A DNA stretch of 64,000 bases from Vicugna vicugna. Taxonomy: Eukaryota. The stretch spans positions 6,424,939 through 6,488,938 of the forward strand of contig MU058423.1 of assembly GCA_013265495.1 (NCBI GenBank). The letters are read 5' to 3'. Below are positions 12,440-24,495 of the stretch, piece by piece; the first letter of the stretch is position 1, and each line of letters opens with the position of its first letter. A program made the translations under genes and the position numbers. The notes under the pieces were generated by a model that was given only the letters and a program-made list of their open reading frames with translations, was not told the DNA's origin and ran no database searches.

Positions 12440-14200
12440 GAGCAGTTTTTTAAAACCTCAGTATGTAACAACCATTCATTTCTCATGCACATTACATGAG
12501 GTACACAGCTCAGTTGTAACTGCTGTGCTCTGCTCTAGATGAGCGAGGCTTGGCTTCATATGTCTTTTCAACCAGAATCTGAGCTGAAGGAGGGGCTTCT
12601 ACCTGGCAATAGTGCTCATGGGGGGGAGTGCTAGAGCAGGAGGACCCCAGGCAAGTCATTCAGCGGCAGTTAAACTTGTTTTCAGATTTGTCAGAAGTCA
12701 CAAGTGTTCATCAAATTGGCAAAAGTGTGCCACATGGCCAACCCCAAAGACAGTGGTACCAGGAAGGCATGGCAAATGTTAGGAGAGAACGAATGATTGT
12801 AAACCAATAATACAACCTACCAGAGTATTAATTTCCAAACTGCAGGCAAAATTCCCTCCTCAAAGCATTCAAATGTCTTTTCTTGCAGCATAAATAGGAT
12901 CAAAGCCCAAGATCTTGTGATCCAAATTAGATGCTGTTAGTGTTTCCCTTGAATCATAGAACTTTCAAATACAAAGACAGTTATCCACTCCCCTACATAC
13001 CCAAAGTACAGTGAGGGAACAAGGACAGGATAATCGCAATGAATATTCATATAGAAATAGAAAAATTAAATTTTCACAGTAATCACTAGTCCTTAGAAAT
13101 CCTGAAATCCCACTGGGCAAATGTGAGATTGGCCGTAATTTAAGGAGTGTTTCTTGACAAAGTTCCACTTCTGTCCCATAGAATTAACCACTCTGTCTTT
13201 GGAAATAGTCTCTTTGGCTAGAGGTTGAGAAGGCATTGGGGTGTGCCCTCCTTGCCACTGAATCGATCTTCCTACCTGTAGAGAGCTGGGGACTAAGGGA
13301 AATTTTACGTCTAGAACATTTATAGTCTTTTCAGTCAAGACACATAACACCTTGGGGATACATCTCTCTCAAAAACTTGCTAGTTTTTATCTCTTTGATT
13401 CTAGTCCGCTCCACACAACAACAGGCAACCTTACAATTCTTTCTGAGACATAACTCTGCCAACTCTCCTTCCTTTGTGTTTATCAAGTTTCCATGAGACA
13501 ACAGTGCACTCTCATCTTTGAGAAATTTTGTCGAACTGAAAGGATTTACAGAAGTCCACTTAATAAAATCAGACTTAAGGAACATTTTGACGTTTATTCC
13601 TTTGATTTAGTCCTTGTCCAGAGGTTATGTTTCTATGACCATACCCTCGATTTGGTTGTTACCTTTGGGTTTGACCTCACTTACAAAATCTTTTAACAGC
13701 CGAGGTGAAGAACCAATGCATTTCAACTCTGTAAGTCTCTAAGTTTCTGTATTCTCCCTTCTTTCTCACTTAGGAGACACTTTTTTTTCCTAAGCTCCTT
13801 TCTTACTTGAAGAACCTGCCATTACTTTGCTCAAAACCTTTTCTACCTAAAGCTCAAAGTTATATATTCTGCCTTCCTAATGATCATTTTACCAAATATT
13901 TCACAATAGAATCCTGTGGTCTCCTTTTTCCCAGCCTCTATGACAGTGTTCTCACTGCCATCCCCCTGCCCCTACAGCCTGTGCCATATATATATATATA
14001 GGGGGGTGTATTGTTATGGCAGAAACATATTTATAGATATCCCACTTTTGGAACTGGATTCTACATTCAGTTTTCTCTAGGTTAAACTCTGGGGGAAAAC
14101 CTTCAAAATAGCAGTGGCTTAAAATGACAAATACTTATTTCTTATTAACATCAAATGAGGGTTGCAGGGAGCCTATGACACCTAGGCTTTGCTGGGTGGA
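12440..14200 (-). mobile_element. MaLR provirus remnant (MLT1J/K-like LTR, internal, partial LTR)
   Basis: LTR-like 12440-12820; MaLR internal to ~14060 ending cccacttttggaactggattc; LTR start cagtggcttaaaatgacaaatacttatttc. Confidence 0.55.
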
Positions 14201-14339
14201 GGACGGCAAACAGGTGCTTCAAGTTGCGCCTGAAGTGAGTCGCTTTCCTAGACTTCTAAATAAACGTGGTTGAAAAATCTGCTTGCTTAAGCTAGTTTGA
14301 GCTACCTTTTCTGTCTCTTGTTCCTAAGAAAAATTAACC

Positions 14340-14880
14340 CATCTACTTTATTAAGAATTTGATCTTCATCCTAAGAGCATGTTAGACATTGAAAGATTTC
14401 CTTTAGAGAGAGAACATAGGAATTGCATTTTGGAAAAAAATCACTCTGCCTGTAGAATGGAGACAGAATGGGGAAGAGTCCAAAGTGGATGGAAAAAGAC
14501 CAGTTTCTAGGTCAACAGTAAAATCTATATAATAAAAGATCGCAGCTAGGAGTGGAATGGTGGCACTGAAGAAGGAGACATGCTCAGAGTTAAGATGTTT
14601 AACAGAAGAAAAGAACTGGTGGTGAATTAGATACAGGAGTGAGAAAGGAGCTATCATAGCTGATACAAAGAAACACAGGATTTTTGTTTTGTGCAACTGG
14701 ATGCATGGTAAGATCAGTTAGTGTGATAGAAAATATTGAAACAGAAGCAGTTTTCATTAGAAAATAACTAGTTAGTTCTTAAGCATGTTAAACATGATGG
14801 GCCCTTGCAACATCCAGGTGGAGATGTTGAGTATACAGGTGGATATTTGAAACTTAGAAAATAAATCTTGGTTAGAAATA
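14340..14880 (-). mobile_element. L2 fragment
   Basis: attgcattttggaaaaaaatcactctgcctgtagaatggag...catccaggtggagatgttgagta. Confidence 0.7.
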
Positions 14881-16381
14881 TACATTTATAGGCCTTTAAG
14901 TTAAGTTTGGATTTAGATAAACTCTTAAAAGGCATTTAACCTGCATTGTGAGCACTTTAGAATCTTTTTTTTTTATAATTAAAAGATCATAGTTGTCAGC
15001 TGTTTCATATGTATAGAACTTTTCTCTCCCCAGGAAGTTCATAAGCTCTTGGAGGACAGAAAATTTACTCCCAGTGCTCAAAACAGCAGCTTGTACTTGG
15101 TAAGGGTTTAGTAAGATTTACTTAGTAAATGAAGATTGCAAATAGTATCACCTGTCTAGCATTTTAGCTGGAGAATCTGTTCTTTTCCTATGACTTCAAA
15201 TGTAACTTTTAAAATATCTTTGTTCCAACTCTCACCCATGTATGTCTCCAACCATTTTGCCCGTTTTTTCCCTTGTTCAACTACTCACATGGAAAAGATC
15301 GTTTGCAAACAGCTCTGCCCTCACCTCTCTGTAAATTTAATGAAAGACCAAGAGAGTGTATTTTCATAAATATTCTCTACACAGTTTTGTTCTGTGCATT
15401 TACGCTGAAGCAAAGTAGTAGTGGAGAAGTGGGTGACGGGGGGGGGAGGGAGGAGGAGATACTACTTGCGTACCTGATCGATTTCAATTTCAATACAAAG
15501 GTTGCCTTTTTGTTTGTTTGTATGTTTGTTTATGGGGGGTTGGTTGGTTTGGTTTGGTTTTCCTTCAGCCTCCAGTACAGATTTTTGGAAAGGAAAGTGT
15601 TAAGAATGGATTATATATGTGCAAAACTTGATCAGTTCCATGGGGGCTGGTATTTCAATTTTCATAAATACTTCAAAAGAACTAGAGGAATATTAAGATA
15701 TGCCATCAATGACCCACTTTAAGTTTTTCATAAGTAGTCTCTTCCATTTATATAGCAGAAGCTGGATGACTAACATAAAAGAGGATTTAACTCAAAGGGT
15801 AGCAGCAATTTCTTAGCTTGCTGTTTATGGCCACAGCTGCAGTATGAACCAATATATTCAGGACCTCGACCCCACAAAGTCCAAAAGGACACAGCCAAGC
15901 AGGCAGGAGTTATGCTGAAGTGGCCTCAGCTACAGGCCCCTTTTTGCATATCTTCTCACAGCAGAATGGCCCTGCCTTGCCAAAACGGTGCAATCATTTG
16001 TCATGGAAATGATACATTTCCAAATGCCAGGAAACGGAAAGACAAGGACACCTGGAACCACAGCACCCTCACCAAACACCCATTATGAAGTGAGATCATG
16101 TTGGAAAATGTGCAGGTGTTGATCTCCAACAGCTTTTTCCCAGGAAATGAAACACTGGGCAAGGAGCCACGGTAGCTTGTTTTAGCCTTTTCCCTTTTCT
16201 TTCCTTTCTTTTTAAACCATCTAGTGGCACATTAGGCTGAGATAGACTGTATTTTCAGGGTTTCATTGCCTTATAGATCCTCTTTTGTGGAATAAGAAAT
16301 GGAATTTTGACCATCAAAATACTGTGGAAAGATGGCACAAAATAACTAAAAATTGCCAAATAAACATTGGCACTTGCCATC

Positions 16382-16846
16382 TGTCTCTACGAGGATTAAA
16401 TCATAAGCCACTGCTGCCGCCGACCTCCCACCCACCCTGAAAGGCGTTCAGGGTGGAGATCAGGAATGAGGCCCTCTGTGCTCTGGGAAAAGCTGGCAGA
16501 ACAAGCCTTCAGATAGTTATTTTCAGGAGATGATTTTAAGAGCCCCAATTCTTGCATCTCCTCATATCTAGAAAAGCACTAAAATCATTAATGAAGCCAC
16601 ATGCTCCTTGTGACTAGCAGGAACCTTCAGGAGACGAGCAGCACACATTCACATTTCTACAAAAATGTGTACTTGGTTGCATGTACCCCCCTCCCCAAAA
16701 TCACATATATACTGACCTTCCCCCCAGCTCTTCAGAGCAGATCCTCAGAGCTACCTGAAATGCTGTCTTCCAGGTTATAATCCTCCTTTTGCCCCAAGTA
16801 AAACTTAACTCACAATTCTCACATTGTGCATATATTTCAGCCCACA
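16382..16846 (+). mobile_element. Lineage-specific ERV1-type solo LTR
   Basis: TG...CA termini, tagaaaagcactaaa core, ...agagcagatcctcagagcta...aagtaaaacttaactcacaa; related to the LTR at 36265. Confidence 0.75.
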
Positions 16847-17228
16847 TAACTAATTTATTTTTCATGCTGCTAAAATAAATTCTTATATGGCCAGCTTAAC
16901 CTCCTCACTTCTTTGAGAGATTTGAAAAATAATCAGGTTCATAAAATAAATGAGTTTCCTCTCTGTAAACAGCATTTCCACATTCCTCACCACTCCATGG
17001 GGTATGTGAAAGTCCACTTTAAACTAAGTAACGATAGTGTGTCAATTCTTTCACTAATCTACTGTCTACAGCCCTCTGCCAAGTCCCCAGAAATCCTTCA
17101 AGCCATGCCTGTACCCAACATTGTACCTCTCCAGTGGAATTCTCCAATGTCCGAACATTCTGCTGGTCACCAGGAAAACTCTTCTGTTTTCTGCCCAGTG
17201 CACGGTTTCCAGGAGCATGAGTGCTCAC

Positions 17229-17322
17229 CCACTTGGGGCTGTTACCAGTCCAGCTTTCAGCAGGATCAGTATCTCTCCTTTAAGGCTCAGAATGCTAAAG
17301 CGTCATGTCGGTCCACACCATT
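17229..17322 (-). other. Candidate non-coding exon (94 nt)
   Basis: Minus strand: branch-like CTGAC, long pyrimidine tract ctctcacctctctcctgtccttgctctAG, donor TGG|GTGAGC (alternative CTG|GTAACA at 17246); stops in all three frames. Confidence 0.4.
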
Positions 17323-18870
17323 CTAGAGCAAGGACAGGAGAGAGGTGAGAGTGTTGTCAGCAAGAAGAATAGAACTCTCTTTGGTATTGTACTATTTTAA
17401 AGGGTCCCCCAGAGCATTTCAGAGCTGTGTAAAACTTATCTCTCATTTTTATTTGCAGTCCCTTCTTTCTCTGGGACCCAGATGTAAGTCCAAGAGAGCT
17501 AGCAGGAACTGTGATAGCAATTGGCATTTTTCTCAATATTCTTGTCTGAGGACTTCAATTTTGTTACACGGTTTAGATATTCATTCCTGGTTACTTCTTC
17601 CCCTAAGACAAGTTCCTTCATTAGGTGCCCCTTAATCCCCTAAAAATACACTTCCCTGGGGCCATCCTGCCAGTTTGTCAGTTCTATCTTAAGTCCAATG
17701 TCTATTCATAAATCCACAAATACTAACTGAATCCCTATCCTTGACTAGACACTTCAAGTAAGTTTTTAATTACAAAAATATACCTATTAACTTTCATTTT
17801 GCTGAAAAAGTATTGTCCTGTGTAACTGTTAGGAACAGAATCCCAAAAGGATTTAATTACTTTTTAGCAAAACACTAGACATAATAAAGACAGAAATGCA
17901 ATTTTGTGCCTGTGTGGCGGTACATGTTGTGGATATTTTCTGAGTGTTAGTTGATGCCAGAACTTCTCTTAGCCTCCCCAGTCTGCCAACCCGCCCTTCA
18001 CCAAGGAATGGGGAACCACACAGTACGTTTATACTCTCCAAACAGATTCTCTCAACAACCTTATCGAACCTCCAATACATTCCATGCCATCTCCTTTACT
18101 GCAGGGGGTGAGTGATGAAGTCTGACTTGCATAACTGGTTTCAGACTTTCTTTCAACATCTTTCACAGGTAACCTGAAATACCTCTTCAGTACAGGAGGG
18201 TGCTTCACACCTGCTGAAATGACTTGGAGAATCTGTTGAAAATCTGAGACAAAAGGGAAAATGATGTCTTACATTCTATTAGAGTCACTATTTCCATTCT
18301 TTTCTTTATTAGGATAACTCAGTTCATGGAGTTGTCTACAAGGACTAAGCTAGGGTGCGGTGCAGTTGGGTCTTTTTGGAGCACGTGCGCTGAGAATCCA
18401 TGGGGGACAGAATGACGATTGACTACTTGTCTCACTAACTTCTTTCTTACACTTCTCTCTATTGTAACACTTTCATGGAATGATATTAAGATGCCATTTT
18501 CTCCTCGATTAAATTAAATTCCCACTTCATCGTACCCTGCTCTTCTTTTTTTGGTCAATAGTGAGAAATAGTATAGATGTTGGTACACAGGGGAAAGGAA
18601 AAAAAGAAAAAGAAAGAAGAGGAAAGTGGGAGACCCATGACATTCAACTATTACGACCGGAAAGTAAGCTTGTGAACTAATCAGTGGTTTAGTGTTTGTT
18701 ATTTATCAGCCTTCTTTCTACTTTATCTTCTTTTGAATTCTTTTCACATCAACTCCCCTTCTCCAATTCATCACCTTACCATGGAAGGATTATTGTAGAT
18801 GAAAGCCTTCAAAAGTCCCTCATGCAGTTACAGCATGAGTCTTCTGCCTCAGGAGCTTTTAAATTCTTAC

Positions 18871-18917
18871 CTAAAATCTTTAATATATTATCAACTCCAC
18901 ACCTTTCACATTAGTAA
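18871..18917 (-). other. Candidate small exon (47 nt)
   Basis: Acceptor ttttaatttttttggctAG; donor TAG|GTAAGA. Confidence 0.25.
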
Positions 18918-19469
18918 CTAGCCAAAAAAATTAAAACTATACACCAGAGAAAACAGCATTTCACAGAAACCAGCAGGTGTGCAATAGATCAAAAATCTAT
19001 TTTCTTCTTTAAATGAAGTGATTGCTCTGTGCAGACCTCTATTAAACTCGGCATAAAGAGGAAATCTATGAAAATCATTCTCTTCACTAAAATATTTTCA
19101 AAAGTAGATCAGAATAAAACTCATATCCCAGTGCTCCTCATTTAGAGCGCACATCGAGCTAGAGCCCTAGACATCTTTAAAAGTATTGCTCATAGCATGA
19201 AACCTTCTGTAAAGAAAAAAGATAAATCCCTGAAGCTTTAATACAGGTATTTCAGTTGGAAAATTTCCAAAAAAACGAGTAGTTATTCTAGGATTATTAC
19301 AGAGTTAAAAATAGGGTTAAATGCAGAAGCGTTTGTTAGATTTTTTTTTTCCTTCCCAAGAGGCATCATTCTCACAGCAATCTAGTTAATGGTACGCTAG
19401 TGGATTAAAAAAAAAAAATAGAAGCAATGTACATCCACAGAAAAACCTGGTAGTAAATATCATAAAAAT

Positions 19470-19715
19470 AGCAATTCACTTTTAGATAAGCACTTTATAC
19501 TTTAGAAAGCATTTGCACATTTTAAATTTTGTGTTCTCAGAGTAAGTTTTCAGAGTTCATATTATCCCCCATATTTTACAGACAAAAAGAATACAGTTCA
19601 AAGAAGGTAAGGTGTGCCTGATATTACATAACTACTTAATGACAGAGCTGGGACTCCAATCCAGATTTCTAACTGTTTGGTACCAATTCAAGGGCTCTCT
19701 TTGCTACACTATTGC
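19470..19715 (-). mobile_element. MIR SINE
   Basis: attatcccccatattttacagac...gacagagctgggactccaatccag core. Confidence 0.7.
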
Positions 19716-20719
19716 TGCCTTAGGTAGAATTCTCATTACTTGATTAGGAAAGAGGCTAAACCTCTAACAAAGATGTATACAAATATATGTCTTTGTAGAA
19801 GCCTCTGAAACCTTTGAAATGGTCAAAAAGATTTATGTATGTATGTTTTTTCAACAGAAAGCATAGCATTTTCTAGCAAACCCTTCTAAGTTTCTAATTC
19901 TATAGCTGTCTGAGCCCTTTCTTGGACTGGATCTTACAATTCTGTAAATTGTAAAAAAAAAAAAAAACTGATAGTAATGAAAATACTTCTTGCCCATAGA
20001 AACACAATTTGGCCCATGGAGATTAAATTAATTTCCACCCTGTGGATATTGATCAGTTTTGAATCTATTAGCAAATTCATTTTCATGTTTTCAATGGCCT
20101 ACCTATATGTCTATACTCTGGAATCTCCTCTCAACCAGTTTTAACTTCTACTGGTTCTCTCAGTAACTAATGAGTGAAATTAAAATATCTGATATGTGTT
20201 CATTTTTTATTTGTATGAGAGTCATAATTTTACTTTTTGAAAAATATTCTTATCAAATGAAACTAAATAGGAATTCTACAAGAAATGACCACCTAATAGG
20301 GACAGGCATATACGTAAAGAAAAGTCAAATAATACAGATTTGTAAACAGAATGATTTACAGAGATAAGTGAACCATACAAGTGGGGCTGAGGAATAATGG
20401 CTTAGGTCTATCTTGAAAGTGAAGAAAAGAAAGTGAAAAACCACAGAAGTTAAAGGAACATACCACAGTGAAGCATGTTTGAGAACATTAATTGAACCAC
20501 ACAGTAAATAGTCTGTTTTGGGATAATGCACCATCACCCTTTAGCATCGCTGTAAACCAAAACAAATAACTTTCACGATAAAATATTCTACCTAGGCTGC
20601 AATATGGTAGGCAAAGGAAGTTGGAAAATCACATTAAGATTTTGTGAATTCAGTCTTTTTGGCCAAACTGGATCTATATCCAGCCCCTAGAAGATTCTTT
20701 CCTCAATTATTTCAGCTGA

Positions 20720-21190
20720 ATTTTATATTTGTAAAGAGTACATATTCATTAAGAACAAGTCCTTTTTCTAATTCATCTCAGTAGCCACCTCAATACCAAG
20801 TATAGATTACTGCCCATAAAATCCATTTCATAGATATTTGATGAATTTAATGACTACTTGAGTCCATGCTTGTACCTTCTCCTGAAGAATTCTCCCCTTT
20901 AGAAATTCCATTTATCCTGCAAAGACCCCCAAAGTTTTCTCCTACCTGAAGCCTCTGTCTGAATCAGACAACCACTTTTTCCTGTTTCACGTATAGCATC
21001 TCACATTTCTCTATAGCATTGGTTTCATTCTGTCTTGTAGTGAGTAGCTATCGGTAGTTTATATTATCATATTCTCCCCTCCTAGAACCTTATCTCCTTG
21101 AGGTCATGACCCTGATTTATGTATCTATATTACTCTCAAATGCTTGCCATGGTGCTGGTACAAATATCTGTTGGATGAGTTTATTGAAAA
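20720..21190 (+). mobile_element. L2 3'-end fragments
   Basis: ctccttgaggtcatgacc...ggtgctggtacaaatatctgttggatgag. Confidence 0.5.
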
Positions 21191-22074
21191 AAAAAAATAG
21201 TTCACTTGGCACTGAAAATGCTTGACAGACCAAAAATATATTTTGAACATAAGAACAAAGAATTTTTTTCTAAACAGTTTATTTTCATGAGACAATAATC
21301 GTTAATTATTCCAGAACCAGTTTTGAAATTTACTTTTTTTAGTACAAAAAAATTATCTGAGCCACTGATTGGCAGTCTGTACTAAAGTTATGAAAGTATG
21401 GCAAATTTATGGGAGCTGTAAATAAATATACATCTATTCCACAACATATACAAATTAGTGAATAAGAAAATTATATCACAGAAGGAAGGACAGCAGGAAA
21501 CTTTATAGATAAAGACACTGCCTTGTAGCAGCATTGTGATTTACCAAGCTCTGGCTTTACCAATAATATCCCCTACAGTATGCATGTGAGTATAATATAT
21601 TTCAGACTTAACAAATATGACCATGGTGGAATATTTTAAATATTCCAGGAAACTGATCAATTTTTGTGTCATCTGAAGGTCTGTAAATTATCATTTTGAT
21701 GATGAATAAAATTTTATCTGTATATAATCTATTCTCAGACATTGGCAAATGACACAGTATAACAACTGTGTTAGTGGTTCTTACAACCAAGTAAATAATT
21801 TGGGCAAAAATATTCTAGTATGTGCCAAACAAAGGAATCGCCCAGGGAATGCATGATGCAAGGTAGCAACTGGAAGACTATTGGTCTGAGGGAAGCCCAT
21901 AGCCACTCTGGAAATAACCACAGGGGTCTGGGGGTGAGGGAGGAGTGAAAATGGAGTGAAAATGATTTCATGTTAGGTTGATTCATGGACTAGAATGACA
22001 AGGGGGAATGCTAGATTCATTGAAATAGAGCCATTCACTTGGCAATTTTTGAAAATCACTTATATATTATTATT

Positions 22075-22470
22075 ATTATTAGTTGAATTGTGTTCTCCCC
22101 AAAGTTATGATGAAGTCCTAACCCCTGATACCTGTGAATGTGAACTTATATGGAAACGGAGACAGTATAGCTGTAATTAGTCAAGTTAAAATGAGTACTG
22201 GAGTAGGGTGGGCCCTAAAATTTACACACCGGCATGGAAGACATCCCTGTAACATTTGAGGCATGAGCTTGGAGTGATGCATCCATGAGCCAACCATAAA
22301 CCAGAAGGGGCAAGGGAGCCTCGTACTCCATAATCTTTGGAGGGATCATGGTTCTGCCAACACCTTGGTTTCGGACTTCTGGCCTCCAGAAATGATGAGA
22401 GAATAAACTTCTGTTGTTTTAAGCCATGTAGTTTGTGGCACTTGTACAGCAATACAAGGAAACTAATACA
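22075..22470 (+). mobile_element. MLT1B/C MaLR solo LTR
   Basis: gttgaattgtgttctccccaaa...gaagtcctaacccc...ggttctgccaacaccttggtttcggacttctggcctccaga...ggaaactaataca. Confidence 0.9.
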
Positions 22471-22528
22471 AACACCTTCCTAGGTACTAAAGTAACAAAG
22501 ACTACTTTAAATAGTTTAATCCACTTAC

Positions 22529-22567
22529 CTTGTTGATCATAATGATTGGATTTTATGCGCCATAATG
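22529..22567 (-). other. Candidate micro-exon (39 nt, open in phase 1-1: LWRIKSNHYDQQ)
   Basis: Acceptor gtttttcccctttattaatAG; perfect donor AAG|GTAAGT. Confidence 0.3.
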
Positions 22568-22639
22568 CTATTAATAAAGGGGAAAAACATATCAAACTTT
22601 TGTAGTGTGGTTGTCATAAGGTGTATATAAAATCTAACA

Positions 22640-22840
22640 ACGATGGTAGCAATAATGATCATGTACCAAATGCACGATTTTTAATTTCCTCCACAACTCT
22701 TGGTGGTAGGCAGTATTATCCTCATTTTACAGGAGAAGAAAATGAGACACAAATAGGTTAGGAATTATCACAAGAAGAAAAGCCACAATTCAAATCCAGG
22801 TCTATCTAATTCCATACACTGCTGTTTGCACACTGCCTTT
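22640..22840 (-). mobile_element. MIR SINE
   Basis: ggtaggcagtattatcctcattttacaggagaagaaaatgagac core. Confidence 0.7.
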
Positions 22841-23874
22841 ACTCTTTCTAATAAATCTACCTCAAACCAAACAATTTGACTGATTTTTCTTAATTAAATA
22901 AACTATATGTTTAGACATTTAAAGTTGCATCCTATAACAAATCAACGGGAAGCAACTTGTCCAAAAGTCAAAAATATATATCTGAATTCTTCTAGTTCTG
23001 TCAATCAGTGTAACACAACTAGCAGAAAACATAGTTGTTCTTCTACCACTACTTCTCCATATGTCTACTGCAGGTCCTATGTTTCTTAGAAAATGAATGA
23101 TTCTGACTTCCGTCTTAAGGGAAATGGCATTATATATTGATTAAAATGAGGATGGGCTTTGATGTGTTATAGACCCTGTGAATGTGGCTATTTCCTTGCA
23201 CCCTCAGAGCCCCAGAGTCCTCATAATAAAATGAGGGTCATAATACTTACTTCAGAGCGCTACTATACAGATTAGCTGATTCGCATAATAGCGGGCACAT
23301 ACACTAAGTTATTATTACAGTTACATCTTCAATAGTACACTTCACTTGGAACTAGGAAAATGTGTTGATTATATGAAATTGACCACAAATGTATTGTTAT
23401 ATAATTTTAACCATCAGCTTTCTAGTTTCTGTCATCAAAAGAAATTTTAAAAAAGACAAATCAAAGAAGGCATTTTCTTTCTTATTTAAAGAATTTTCTA
23501 CAAATCAAAACACAAAATAGTTCTGAAAAGCTAATCTTCACAATAAGAAAGAATTTGCCAAGTTTCAAGTTCTATATAGAAAAAAAACAGGACTTATATA
23601 AGCAGATTTAGTACAAAGCTCTCTCCAAATTTCCTCCGATAAACCATAATAGTCACATATTTCCTGTCCAAACCACTTTTGCATCCCAATAAGAACCAAA
23701 TGGCAAAAATAAAAGGTATTTACCAGGATTTTTTGTTACTGCAAATGTAGTCTATCCTTGAATACTCCCAAAAAAGTATTGAAAGAAAAATGATGATGGC
23801 ATTAAGGGAGACACAATATTTATATTTCAAATTAGTTCTTAAATATTTTGTCATCACTAGGCTTAATGACGGTG

Positions 23875-24130
23875 AGACAGCAAAGCATAGTGGTTGAGAG
23901 TGTGGGCTCTGGAACCAGAGTTTTGGGTGATTATCCCATTTCCACTGTTCACCAATTGTGAGAACTCAGGCAAGCCAAGTACACACACATTCCTCAGTTT
24001 CCTTGTATGCAAAATATAAATATGAATATTACTAATCTCCTAGAGCAACTGAAATGATTACATGGGTGCACGTAAAATGCTTTAAGACAGTGCCTAGCAC
24101 ATAGATAAGCATTCATTTGATGTTTACAAG
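23875..24130 (+). mobile_element. MIR SINE (near full length)
   Basis: agcatagtggttgagagtgtgggctctggaaccag...cctcagtttcctt...agacagtgcctagcacatagataagc. Confidence 0.85.
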
Positions 24131-24204
24131 TATCATTAAAATGAAATCTTATTGTGGGTCTTATGAAGGCATAGCACCTAATAGCTATTACAAAATAAAT
24201 AATA

Positions 24205-24390
24205 AAAATAGCTACCATGTATGAACACTTATTCTGAGCCAGACCCTGTGATGAGTATATTTCATGGATGTACTATTTCACATACACTATTATTATTTTA
24301 AATTTACAGATGCTGGAACTAAGGTGTATGTAGAGGAGCCATCACTTGTACACTCTGGCAACTGGAAGAGCCAGGATTATTTTACTGTCC
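24205..24390 (-). mobile_element. MIR SINE fragment
   Basis: aatagctaccatgtatgaacactt...tttacagatgctggaactaagg. Confidence 0.6.
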
Positions 24391-24495
24391 TTCAGCTGGG
24401 GATCAGACACTGAGAGGAGCACACAGGATACGAAAACCTTCCATCAGGCCTCTTTTGCCTCTAGTTGCAAATAGGATTTTCACTTTGAACACAGT

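Noticed and set aside
17300..17322. Minus-strand WCGPT* resembling the thioredoxin WCGPC or a selenoprotein motif
   Set aside because: The second Cys is missing, the TGA is not in CxxU spacing, there is no further thioredoxin similarity and no SECIS was seen.
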